In this document: positions 19,722-29,024 of the stretch, in pieces
Position numbering within the stretch: position 1 is the stretch's first letter
How the letters are laid out: every line of letters begins with the position of its first letter
The notes under the pieces: model-generated
Database searches by the model: none
What the model was told of the DNA's origin: nothing
Seen by the model: only the letters and a program-made list of their open reading frames with translations
Translations under genes and position numbers: made by a program
Source of the DNA: an uncultured Chloroflexia bacterium
GTDB lineage: Bacteria; Chloroflexota; Limnocylindria; Limnocylindrales; CSP1-4
Direction of reading: 5' to 3'
Assembly (NCBI GenBank): GCA_963763775.1
Contig: CAVXPZ010000001.1
Location: forward strand, 832,001 to 896,000
Length of the DNA: 64,000 bases

Positions 19722-20498
19722 TCAGCCCGGGCCGTGCCCGCCGTCGTTGGTGGTGTCGCTGTCGGGCGTCTCGCTGGGCTCGGGCGTCTCGTTCGGCTCC
19801 GGCGTCTCGTGCCCGTCCGGCGTCCCGGTGGGTCGCGGGGTCCTGGTGGGCCGCGGCGTCCTGGTCGGCTCCGCGGTCTTCGACCCGCCGTGATCGTCGG
19901 TCGGCTCGGCCGACCCGGCGCCGTGATCGTCCGTGGCGCCCGGCTCGGCGGTCCCGGACGGATCCGGGGAGGACTCGGGCTGGTCGGGCGACACCTCGGG
20001 CGACTGCGTGGGCTGCGGCAGCCTGGGCGTGGTTTCCAGGGGCGTCGGGCTGACCGGGATGACCGGCACCGCCGGCCGATCCGGGCCGCTCGGCGAGGTC
20101 AGGACGTTCACGGCACCGATCGCCGCGACGGAGGCCAGTGAGCCCGTCGCGAGCACGACCAGCAGGACGAACGCCAGCGCCTGGGCGCGGACCGCGACCG
20201 GTCGGCCGCCGCTCGTCCCCACGCGCCAGGCGGCCCTGACCGATGCGGCGAACGCGACGAGCCGCCCGCCGAACCCGGGGCTCGCGGGCCGCACCACCAG
20301 CTTGGGTGGGGCTTCGGCGGCGATCGCCGCCATGACGCGGTCCTCGAAGCCCACCGTCGGGCTGATCTGGTCGCGCACGCTGAAAGCCTCGAGCTCGCGT
20401 GCGGCGGCATACGCCTGGGCCAGCTCCGCGTCCGACGGCCCCGGGCCCTCGTCCGGACGAAGTTCGCCGGGATCGAACCGGCGTCCCGGCCCGGTCAT
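19722..20498 (-). CDS. Putative single-TM anti-sigma factor with Pro/Thr-rich, DDHG-containing external tail
   Basis: The ATG overlaps the sigma stop. Contains PTVGFEDRVMAAI (anti-sigma-like helix), TM ALAFVLLVVLATG and a tail with TDDHG x2, PTRTPR x2 and ETPEP repeats. Confidence 0.65.
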   Translation of the reverse strand: MTGPGRRFDPGELRPDEGPGPSDAELAQAYAAARELEAFSVRDQISPTVGFEDRVMAAIAAEAPPKLVVRPASPGFGGRLVAFAASVRAAWRVGTSGGRPVAVRAQALAFVLLVVLATGSLASVAAIGAVNVLTSPSGPDRPAVPVIPVSPTPLETTPRLPQPTQSPEVSPDQPESSPDPSGTAEPGATDDHGAGSAEPTDDHGGSKTAEPTRTPRPTRTPRPTGTPDGHETPEPNETPEPSETPDSDTTNDGGHGPG

Positions 20499-21238
20499 CG
20501 GTCGGCCCCCTCGGCCAGCGCCGCGCGCAACCGCAGCAGCCCTCGATGGAGGTGCGTCTTCACGGTCCCGAGCGGGCGCCCGGTCTGGGCCGCGATCTCG
20601 TCGAGGCTGAGCTCGCCGAAGAAACGGAGCGTCACGACCTCGCGGTACGGCTCGGGGAGGCCCGCGACCGCGGCCCGGACGTCGGTCGCGCGTTCCCCTC
20701 GGAGCGCGAGCGACGACGGGTCGGTCGTGGGCATCGACTCGAACGACACCTGGTCCATGGCTTTCGTGATCGGGTCGGTCTCGGACCCGTCCTCGCGCCC
20801 GAACGGGTCGCGCCAGGCCACGGTCCGTCGCTGGCCAGCCTTGCGCAGGGCGATCCGGACCGCGATGCGGGTCAGCCACGCACCGAACGGGCCGTCTCCC
20901 CGCCAGCTGGCAAGCGATCGATACGCCGTCACGAAGGCCTCCTGGGCGGCGTCCTCGGCGTCGTGCAGGTCGCCCAGGACCCGATGGCAGGCCCGGACGA
21001 CGTGGGCACCCTCCCGGTCCACGAGGACCCGGAAGGCCTCCCGATCCCCGCCAAGGACGGCATCGACCGTCGCTCGGTCTCCGCCGGCCTCGAGCGACCG
21101 ATCTGGCGGCGCGGGTCGAGAAGCGCTGATGGGCGGGCTCCCGGGATCAGGGTCTGGCCAGGCATCGGACGTGACCGGCCGGCCCGCTCCAAGTGTGCCT
21201 TGGAAGGGGCCGGCCCATCGAGGGACACGATCGTCCAC
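20495..21238 (-). CDS. ECF sigma factor (start uncertain)
   Basis: GDREAFRVLV, DAEDAAQEAF, AWLTRIAVR, LPEPYREVVTLRFF and PLGTVKTHLHRG. Confidence 0.9.
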   Translation of the reverse strand: MDDRVPRWAGPFQGTLGAGRPVTSDAWPDPDPGSPPISASRPAPPDRSLEAGGDRATVDAVLGGDREAFRVLVDREGAHVVRACHRVLGDLHDAEDAAQEAFVTAYRSLASWRGDGPFGAWLTRIAVRIALRKAGQRRTVAWRDPFGREDGSETDPITKAMDQVSFESMPTTDPSSLALRGERATDVRAAVAGLPEPYREVVTLRFFGELSLDEIAAQTGRPLGTVKTHLHRGLLRLRAALAEGADR

Positions 21239-21264
21239 CCAGGTCCGTCGGGTTCGCGATCCGG

Positions 21265-21774
21265 CTAGTCGTCGCTGCCCCCGTCGCCGCCGCCGCCCTG
21301 GCCGCTGTCGCCGCCGTGGTCGTCGTTGGCATCCTCGGCACCGTCGTGGCCGCTGTTCGAGCCGTGATCGTCGGCCTGCTCGCCCTGGTCCGTGCCGTGG
21401 TCGTCGTTGGCGTCCCCGGCGCTGTCCTTGCCGCTCGTCGTGCCGTGGTCGTCGTTGGCGTCCTCGGCCTGGCCAGTGGCGTGGCTGGTGTGCTTGGTCT
21501 CGGCCGACTCGGCCGTCTCGGCCGGCTCGGCGGTCTCGGCCGGCTCGGCCGTCTCGGCTGCCTCGTCGGTGGCCGTCGGCTCGGCCGTCTCGGTGGCTTC
21601 CGGCTCGGTCGCCGCGTCCGTCGCGGTCGGCGCGGCCCCGGTCACGACGCGCGTCCCATCGTCGCTCCCACTCGTCCGTACCAGCCCGTCAGCCGCGAAG
21701 GCCCCGCCGACCACCAGGAAGGTGGACACCAACGCGACCCCAAGGCCGCGGATCCATCGAGCATCGTTGCGCAT
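21265..21774 (-). CDS. Secreted acidic low-complexity protein with (N)DDHG repeats
   Basis: Signal peptide ending AFA|A, (ET)AEP repeats, four DDHG motifs and a GGGAG RBS. Confidence 0.8.
   Translation of the reverse strand: MRNDARWIRGLGVALVSTFLVVGGAFAADGLVRTSGSDDGTRVVTGAAPTATDAATEPEATETAEPTATDEAAETAEPAETAEPAETAESAETKHTSHATGQAEDANDDHGTTSGKDSAGDANDDHGTDQGEQADDHGSNSGHDGAEDANDDHGGDSGQGGGGDGGSDD
21313..21466 (-). repeat. Coding repeats (GCCAACGACGACCACGGC = ANDDHG, three copies plus one variant)
   Basis: gccgtggtcgtcgttggc occurs at 21313, 21394 and 21442 on the + strand, in frame with the CDS. Confidence 0.8.
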
Positions 21775-21826
21775 CGTGTCTTGACTCCCGTCTCGGCCGG
21801 TCTCGTGACCGACCTCTACGCGACTG

Positions 21827-21852
21827 AGACACGCGCGGGAGAGAAGGTTTCA
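21827..21852 (-). promoter_or_regulatory. Candidate ECF promoter of the DDHG operon
   Basis: TGAAAC-N16-GTCT on the minus strand, an AAC-type ECF -35, about 50 nt upstream of the first ATG. Confidence 0.55.
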
Positions 21853-23432
21853 GTCCACCTCGGCGGAGGTGGTGTCCGCGGTCACCGGCTCATCCGACGT
21901 TCCGGGCAGCGACGGCTCCTCCGCGCCTGCCGTCGGTCCGGTCTCCGACCCGGCATCCACGGCATCGGATCCGGCGCCGGCCTCGACGCCGTCGGCAGCG
22001 GCGGCGGGTGCCGGCCCCGCCGCCCCGGTCACGTCGTCGGGCTCGATGACCATCGTCCCCAGCCCTTCGGCCTCGAGCGCGGCGCCGAATGCGTCGACAT
22101 CGCCCACGAGGACGATCGCCGCGCCATCCACGTCGACGTGGTCGCGCGCGGCGGCCGCGACCGCATCGATGCCGACCGCCTCGATCCGGGAGCGGTACCC
22201 GATCAGCTCGTCGACCGGCAACCCGTGGACGACGAGGCCGGTCAGGGCCCCGACGACCGCCGAGGCGGTCTCGAAGCGCAGCGGGAACACGCCGATCAGG
22301 AAGTCGCGGGCCGCGTCGAGCTCGGAGGCGCTGACCGTGGTGTCGCGCATCCGCTCGAGCTCGGCGAGTGTGTCGAGGATGGCCGGCACGGTCGACTTCG
22401 GTGTTGACCGCGGCCCGCGCCGCGAACGGGCCCGACGGCGCGGCGCAGGTCGAACCCGGCACTGGCGCCGTACGTGTAGCCCTTCTCCTCACGGAGCTTC
22501 ATGTTCAGGCGCGAGTTGAACAGGCCGCCGAGGATCGCGCCCATCACCGAGAGGGCGTGGAAGTCCGGGATCCGGCGGCGAAGACCGCGATGCCCGATCC
22601 GGATCTCGGTCTGGACGGACCCCGGCCGGTGGACCACGCGGACGAGGCGGCCGGACGACGACGGCGCGTCGTCGATCGCCGCGACCGGCCGGATACCCGA
22701 GCCGTCGCCCCAATCCTCGAACAGCCGCGAGACCATCGCCGGCACGTCCTGGCCGCCGAGGTCACCGCCGACGACGAGCGTCGCCCGCCGCGGGTCGAGC
22801 CCGGCCGCCCACGCGCGCCGAAGCGTCTCGGGTGTCAGGCCCTCCACGGTCTCTTGGGTGCCGCCGGCGGGCCGGTGGTACGGCGCCGACGCGGCGTAGA
22901 TCGTGCCGATGAAGGTCTCCTCCGCGCGCCGACGCGGGTCGGCCTTGGCCTGGAGGAGGTCGTTCAGACGCTCGTCACGGAGCCGCTCGACGTCCGCGGC
23001 CGGGAACGTGGGCCGCAGGACGAGCTCGGCGAGCAATCCGAGGGCCGCCGGAAGCCGTTCCGCGGGCACATCGACGCCCGCGGTGAAGGCGTCCCAGCCA
23101 GCCTCGGCGTGGAGCGAGGCCCCGAGCCGCTCGGACGCCTCGATCAGGGCGATCGCGTCGTAGTGCTCGGTGCCCTCCGAGAGGGCGCGGGCGGCAAGGA
23201 CCGTGGCCCCTGCCTCGCCGGCGGGCTCGTCCACGGCCCCGGTCGGGAGGACCAGCGACGCCGAGACGAGCGGCCGGCCCGGCAGGTCCGCCACGAGGAC
23301 CCGGAGGCCGTTGGCCAGCCGATGGTCGCCGACCGTCGGGAAGTCGTAGGGCCGCGGCGCGCCGACCGCCGGTCGGTCGGCGATGACGTAGCCGTCGCGG
23401 CGTGGCGCGTCGGCGTCCTGCGTCGGGCTCAT
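21850..23432 (-). CDS. M16 (pitrilysin-family) peptidase, non-catalytic partner subunit; frameshifts near 22390-22430
   Basis: RLANGLRVLV, LGGLFNSRLNMKLREEKGYTYG and no HxxEH. The C-terminus is ORF 21850..22389 with an acidic tail. Confidence 0.85.
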
Positions 23433-24775
23433 GCCGCCACCTCGTCGGTCTCGCTCGCGGTGTCGTCGTCCGTGAGGGCGTCCGAGTCGGCGGCCGGCCC
23501 CTCGGGCAGGTAGGTCAGGACGAGGCGATTGTCGGGCCGGAAGACGTCGGCGGCCGCCGCGCGGATCGCCTCGGGCGTCACCGCCAGGTACCGCGGCAGC
23601 ATCCGGTTGATGAGGCCGGGGTCGTCGAAGAGCGTCGTGTACATCGAGAGCCGGTCGGCACGCTCGTCGACGCGCTGGAGCGCCCCGAGTTCGTCCGCCT
23701 CGACCAGGGCGTGCGCGCGGGCGAGCTCGTCGTCGGTCACCGGCTCGGTCGCCAGGCGCTCGAGCTCCTCGTGGAAGGCCGCCTCGACCCTCGCGACGTC
23801 CACGCCCGGTCGCACCGTCGCCCAGCCGGCGCAGATCGACGCGCCGCCGATGAAGCCGAGGCTGAACAGCGCGACGTCCTGGGCGAGCCGCTCGGTCCGG
23901 ACGAGGCGCCGGTCGAGCCGGCTCCCCTTCCCGCCCGCGAGGATCTGGCTGGCGATGTCGAGCGCGTCCAGGCGCGGGTCGCCGTAGGCCGGGGCCCGGA
24001 ACGCGATGTAGACGCGCGGAAGCGGGACGCGGTCGTACACCGTCTCTCGCCGCTCTCCGCCAAGGGTCAACGGCAGGGACAGGTCGCCCAGCGGCGGGAT
24101 CGAGGGGTTCGCCGGGATCTCGCCGAAGTACCGTTCCACCGCCGCGAGCGCGCCGGCCGTGTCCACGTCCCCGACGATCGAGATGACCGCGTTGTTCGGG
24201 GCGTAGTAGGTCCGGAAGAACGCGATGACGTCCTCGAGCGAGGCCGCGTCGAGGTCGGCCATCGAGCCGATCGTCGAGTGGTGGTACGGGTGCTCCGGCG
24301 GGAAGAGGTGCCCCTGGAGCTTCTCCTGCCACGAGCCGTACGGACGGTTGTCGTAGGAGGAGCGCTTCTCGTTCTTCACCACCTCGCGCTGGTTGTCGAG
24401 GTTCTCCTGGCTGATCGCGTCGGGCAGCGTCGCCATCCGGTCGGCCTCGAGCCAGAGCGCCAGCTCCAGCTGATGCGCCGGCAGCGTCTCGTAGTAGTTC
24501 GTGCGGTCGAGCCACGTCGACCCGTTCATGGTCCCGCCGGCCGCCTGGATGATCGCGATGTGCTCGGCCTTGCCGACATGCTTCGAGCCCTGGAACATCA
24601 CGTGCTCGAACAGGTGGGCGAACCCGGTCCGACCCGGCTGCTCGTGCTTGGAGCCGACGTCGTACCAGAGGTTGACCGCGACGACCGGGGCGAGGTGGTC
24701 CTCGGCGATGATCACGCGAAGGCCGTTGGGCAGGCGGTCGTCGCTGAAGGCGACCGTCGGGACACGAGTGGGCAC
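23429..24775 (-). CDS. M16 zinc peptidase, catalytic subunit
   Basis: TGFAHLFEHVMFQGS (HxxEH), NGSTWLDRTNYY and YYAPNNA. Confidence 0.93.
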   Translation of the reverse strand: MPTRVPTVAFSDDRLPNGLRVIIAEDHLAPVVAVNLWYDVGSKHEQPGRTGFAHLFEHVMFQGSKHVGKAEHIAIIQAAGGTMNGSTWLDRTNYYETLPAHQLELALWLEADRMATLPDAISQENLDNQREVVKNEKRSSYDNRPYGSWQEKLQGHLFPPEHPYHHSTIGSMADLDAASLEDVIAFFRTYYAPNNAVISIVGDVDTAGALAAVERYFGEIPANPSIPPLGDLSLPLTLGGERRETVYDRVPLPRVYIAFRAPAYGDPRLDALDIASQILAGGKGSRLDRRLVRTERLAQDVALFSLGFIGGASICAGWATVRPGVDVARVEAAFHEELERLATEPVTDDELARAHALVEADELGALQRVDERADRLSMYTTLFDDPGLINRMLPRYLAVTPEAIRAAAADVFRPDNRLVLTYLPEGPAADSDALTDDDTASETDEVAA

Positions 24776-24893
24776 GCACAGGCTCCTGGGTTCGGGCGGC
24801 GGCGCCGCCGGGTCTCGGGCGAGTGCGGACGATCGTAGCGCCTCCGCGGCCCGGGCGATCCGACGAACCCCTTGACACGGCCCGGACCGATGA

Positions 24894-24913
24894 TGTTAGA
24901 TACATGTCTAACA
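24894..24913. promoter_or_regulatory. Palindromic operator upstream of the ArsR-family gene (TTGACA at 24872-24877)
   Basis: TGTTAGATACATGTCTAACA is an AT-rich near-perfect inverted repeat; a second copy is at 26155. Confidence 0.75.
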
Positions 24914-24938
24914 CGAGTTAGGAGTTCGACGACACCTG

Positions 24939-26065
24939 ATGGCCGCCCGCCCCGCCACACGAACCGCGAAGACCAGCGCTGCCCGCGACGCCGGCGCGAC
25001 GCCGAGTCCGCGAGTCCGCGACCTGCGAATGCCCAGTGCCGGGCCGTCCGTCGAGTGGGACGTTCGCACCGCCTACGACTTCGTCTTCTCGCTGTCCGAC
25101 GACGCCGGTTCGACCGACGACCTGCCCTCCGCCGACCGGGCGTGGCTGGCCGAGGCGAAGGCGGGCCTTCGCCTCGAGCTGGGCGATGCCACCGAGCTGT
25201 ACGGCAAGGAGCTGTGCGTGGTCCTCGCGGGCCTCGCGGTGGACCGGCCCGAGGTCACGCGACGCCGCGAGCCTGGTCACGCTGCTCCGCTCGATCCCCG
25301 ACGAGACCATCGTCCGCCTGATCCTGGGCGAGGACCTGCGCGACCCGGAGCGAGCCGAGATCGCCGAGCGCGCGATCGCGGGCGACGAGGCCGCCATCGA
25401 CGTGATGATGGAGCGCTTCGTCGCGCACCTCGGCCATGAGAAGAAGCAGTGGTACTCGGAGATCTACCGCGACCCGCGCTCGGTCATCGACCCGGCCGTG
25501 GCGGTCCTGTCCGCCTGGCTGCCGATCTTCCAGACGGTCGAGGGCCGGGTGGCCGCGATGATCGCTCGCGACGTCGAGCTCCGCGCCGGCGACCGGGCCA
25601 CGCTCGGGTCGTTCGAGCTCATCGAGCAGACGACCGGCGGCATCCGCTGGCTGTCCGAGCCCGGCGTGCGGCGGGTGATCCTCGCCCCGTCCTACTTCGC
25701 CCGGCCGTACAACTTCCTCTTGGGCAGTGCCGACTGGCGCGTGTTCGGCTATCCGATCTCCGATGAGGCGATCGACGGCGCCGACCCGCTTCGCGCCGCC
25801 GCCGGCGGTCGTCCGCCTGCACCGAGCCCTCGGCGACGAGACGCGGCTACGGATCCTGCGGCTGCTCCGCGACCGCGACCTCTACCTCACCGAGATCGCC
25901 CAGCAGCTGGACCTCTCGAAGCCGACGATCAAGCACCACCTGGCGCTCCTCCGGTCGGCCGGCCTCGTGACGGTCACGGAGGCCGGCACCGTCATCTACT
26001 ACAGCCTCAGGCCGGCGCGTCTCGACGATGCGTCGAGCGAGATCAAACGGTTCCTCCTGGGCTGA
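24939..26065 (+). CDS. ArsR/SmtB-family regulator with large N-terminal domain and C-terminal wHTH; frameshifts near 25260 and 25790
   Basis: Three overlapping ORF pieces ending in RALGDETRLRILRLL..LTEIAQQLDLSKPTIKHHLALLRSAGLV. Confidence 0.85.
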
Positions 26066-26154
26066 CGCCCGGGGTCGGCTGACCGACTCCCCCGCCGCGA
26101 CGACCACGTCCGCGGCCCCACCACCGGCGCGACGGCCATCGCGCAGCCCTCAGG

Positions 26155-26173
26155 GTTAGATAGATGTCTTACA
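26155..26173. promoter_or_regulatory. Second operator copy, upstream of a small ORF
   Basis: GTTAGATAGATGTCTTACA, 17/19 identical to 24895..24913, directly before an AGGAGG RBS. Confidence 0.75.
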
Positions 26174-26187
26174 GGAGGAAGGAAACG

Positions 26188-26395
26188 ATGATCGAGTTGA
26201 CGCACCGGATCGACTACCGGCGCAGCGAGCTGCAAGGGGCGGCCGATGGGATCCATCGGGAGCGTGACGCTCCGGGAGCCCGCGGAGCCGGTCAAGCCCG
26301 AGGCGACTCGGGCCATCGAGCGCCCGCGGCCGACCGCGGCGATCCGGCGGACGGAGACGCCGTGCGACGGGGCGAAGGGCGCACACGCGGCCTGA
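26188..26395 (+). CDS. Small (~68 aa) hypothetical protein; apparent +1 frameshift near 26265
   Basis: Strong RBS and MIELTHRIDYRRSELQGAADGIHRER. After removing one base it continues with GC3-rich codons TLREPAEPVKPEA...GAHAA*. Confidence 0.55.
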
Positions 26396-26412
26396 CGCCC
26401 GTCGCCGTCGCC

Positions 26413-26823
26413 CTAGACGGGGAGCAGCACGAAAAGCAGCGTGATCACGCCACCGATCGCCGCCGAGTAGCCGAACATGATCAAGGCGGCACGTCGGTCC
26501 GCCGCGAGGGCCGCCGATTCGACCACGGTCTCGCGCTGGCCGAGCGGCCCGAAGTTCCGGATCCCGGCCATCGCGAAGCCGGCGCAGAAGTGCCGGCGGG
26601 CCTGCTCGAGGCTGACGATGCCGCCGGCCAGGAACGGGAACACCAGCAGGCGCGTCCACGCCGGTGCACCAACGGCCACGAGGACGACCGCGATCACGGC
26701 GGCGATGGCGAGGCCGAACAGGCCGGATCGCCGGCGGCGGGTGATCTCCTCGGGTCCGATGTTGCAGACGCCGGGCTGATAGCGCTCCGGGACTGCGGGG
26801 TACTGGATCTGCTGCACGTTCAC
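26413..26823 (-). CDS. Small membrane protein with two Cys motifs
   Basis: YQPGVCNIGPEEITRRRR, three hydrophobic segments and HFCAGF; start chosen at GTG 26823. Confidence 0.65.
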   Translation of the reverse strand: MNVQQIQYPAVPERYQPGVCNIGPEEITRRRRSGLFGLAIAAVIAVVLVAVGAPAWTRLLVFPFLAGGIVSLEQARRHFCAGFAMAGIRNFGPLGQRETVVESAALAADRRAALIMFGYSAAIGGVITLLFVLLPV

Positions 26824-26896
26824 CTCGGCCGGCGCGCTCGACGGCGCGCTCGGCGTGTTCCTCGTAGACTCGCGGCCATGATGCGTCACGTTCTCG

Positions 26897-27555
26897 ATGC
26901 GTCGCTCCGGCGCCCTCATGCTCGCGGTCCTCATCTCCCTCTTCGTCGGCGCGGCGGTCGTGGATGCCCACGCCGAGCTGGAGACGGCCACGCCGGCCGA
27001 CGGCGCCACGGTGGAGGGGTCGCCGCCGGAGATCAGCGGCACCTACAGCGAGCCGATGACGGCGGACGGCAGCTCCCTGAAGCTCGTCGATGCCGCCGGC
27101 GACGAGATCGCGAGCGGCGGTGTCGTCGCCGGCGATGACACGAAGATGGCGATCGACCCGGTCCCGGACCTCGCGCCGGGCACGTACCTGGTCAAGTCCA
27201 CGACGGTGTCGGCCGCCGACGGCGACATCGACCGCAAGAGCTGGTCCTTCACGGTGGTCGCGGCGCCGAGCGCGTCGCCCGAGCCGACGCCGACCGCGAC
27301 GCCGGCGCCGACCCCCGTCCAGACCGACGCTTCGGTGGCCCCGACCGTGCCGCCCAGCCCGAGCCCGGCCGCCAGCGCCGCGACCGCCGCCCCGAGCGTG
27401 GCCCCGACGCTCCGGCGGCCAGCGCCGACACGGGCGGCAGCGCGAGCGGCGGCTCGGACGTCCTGCTGCCGATCCTGGCCGCGCTCGTCATCGTGGCCGT
27501 CATCGGCGGCATCCTGTTCACCCGTCGCGATCGATCCACGCCCACCCCGCCATGA
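26897..27555 (+). CDS. copC: CopC-family copper-binding protein with Pro/Thr linker and C-terminal membrane anchor; frameshift near 27410
   Basis: Signal peptide then mature HAELETATPADG, LAPGTYLV and SAADG. The TM segment LLPILAALVIVAVIGGILF is in the shifted frame. The true start may be 26878. Confidence 0.8.
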
Positions 27556-29024
27556 CGCCCCGGCGCCTCGGGCGTCGTCCGGCCCGGGTCGCCTCCGCGC
27601 TCGGCATCACGCTCGGCGTCGCGGCGATCGCCCCGGAGGCCGTGCTGGGGCATCAGCTCAACGCGACGTACACGAGCCGGCTCCCGCTGGCGGTCTACCT
27701 CACCGGCGCCGCCGTGACGGTCGGCCTCTCGTTCGCCTTCGTCCTCGCTCGGGATGTCCGGGCCCGGCCCGCGGCGACGACCGCACCGGCACACCTGCCG
27801 CCGGCCGCGCTCCGCGGCCTGCTGCGCGCGATCGGTATCCTCGGCTGGCTCTGGATCGTGGCCCAGGGCATCGCCGGCGGGTCGAGCTCGGGCGCCGTCG
27901 CACCGCTCTTCCTGTGGATCTACGGCTGGGTCGGCCTCGCCATCGTGTCGGCGTTCATCGGGCCGGCCTGGCACTTCCTCGACCCGTTCTCCACGCTCCA
28001 CGACGGCGGCGCGTGGCTGCTGCGCCGGGTCGGCGTGGGATCGTGGACGCCCGCGGCCTACCCCGAGCGCGCCGGGCGGTGGCCCGCCTGCATCGCCTTC
28101 ACGGTGTTCGTGTGGCTCGAGCTCGTCGACGCCGGCGGCGGGACCGCGACGCTCTTCCTCGTGCTGATGGGCTATACGGCGTTCACGCTCGCGATGATGG
28201 CGCAGTTCGGGCGCGACGCCTGGCGGTCGCACGGCGAGGTGTTCACCGTGTGGTTCCGCCTGCTCGGCCGGTTGGCCGCGTACGCCCTGGCCGACGAGAC
28301 CGGCCAGGTGCGCCGCCGGCCGTTCGCCGCGGGCCTCCTCGAGCCGGGCTGGAGTCGGGCGGACGCGGCCCTCGCCGCGCTCGGGGTCGGCTCGATCCTC
28401 TTCGACGGCCTGTCCCAGACGCAGTTCTACTTCGACCGTTTCGGGGCGCCGGGGATGGCCGTCAGCACGCTCCTGCTGTTCGCGTGGCTGGGTCTGCTCG
28501 TCGCGGCCGCGATGCTCCTGACGCGCTACGTGGGCATCGAGGCGACCGGCGCCGGGCTGCTCCCGATCGCCGTCGGCTATCTGATCGCCCACTACCTGAC
28601 GTACCTGCTCATCGACGGCCAGGGCATCCTCGTGGCGATCTCCGACCCGTTGCAGCGGGGCCAGGACCTGTTCGGGACGGCGTTCCACGAGCCAACGGGG
28701 GCGTGGTTGCCCCCAGGGCTCGTGTGGACCGTGCAGCTCGCCGCCGTCGTGGGCGGGCACATGCTCGGGGCGTGGGCCGGCCACGTGAACGCCGCCGAGC
28801 ACGCCCCGCCTGGCCTCGACGCGCGGCGTCTCACGCGGCGCGAGATCCCGCTGGCGGTCGTGATGGTCGCCCTGACCACGCTGACGCTGTGGTCGCTCGG
28901 CCAGGCCCTCGTGGTCCAGGCGCCGGCTGCATCCGCGCCTGCTGCGGCACCGGCCGGACTGATCGACCTAGGCGTGCACCGCGATGCCGCCCGGGACCCA
29001 CTCGTCGAGCGAGCGCACGTCTGA
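27552..29024 (+). CDS. Multi-pass membrane protein coupled to copC (resembles proteins annotated 'fenitrothion hydrolase')
   Basis: ATGA overlap with copC; signal peptide ending VLG|HQL, about ten TM helices, IAHYL and GGHMLG; 3' end overlaps carB. Confidence 0.7.
   Translation: MTPRRLGRRPARVASALGITLGVAAIAPEAVLGHQLNATYTSRLPLAVYLTGAAVTVGLSFAFVLARDVRARPAATTAPAHLPPAALRGLLRAIGILGWLWIVAQGIAGGSSSGAVAPLFLWIYGWVGLAIVSAFIGPAWHFLDPFSTLHDGGAWLLRRVGVGSWTPAAYPERAGRWPACIAFTVFVWLELVDAGGGTATLFLVLMGYTAFTLAMMAQFGRDAWRSHGEVFTVWFRLLGRLAAYALADETGQVRRRPFAAGLLEPGWSRADAALAALGVGSILFDGLSQTQFYFDRFGAPGMAVSTLLLFAWLGLLVAAAMLLTRYVGIEATGAGLLPIAVGYLIAHYLTYLLIDGQGILVAISDPLQRGQDLFGTAFHEPTGAWLPPGLVWTVQLAAVVGGHMLGAWAGHVNAAEHAPPGLDARRLTRREIPLAVVMVALTTLTLWSLGQALVVQAPAASAPAAAPAGLIDLGVHRDAARDPLVERAHV

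Noticed and set aside
19720-21620. CRISPR array or VNTR in the short repeats
   Set aside because: The repeats are in-frame codon repeats (DDHG, ETAEP, PTRTPR) with irregular spacing, and no cas genes are present.
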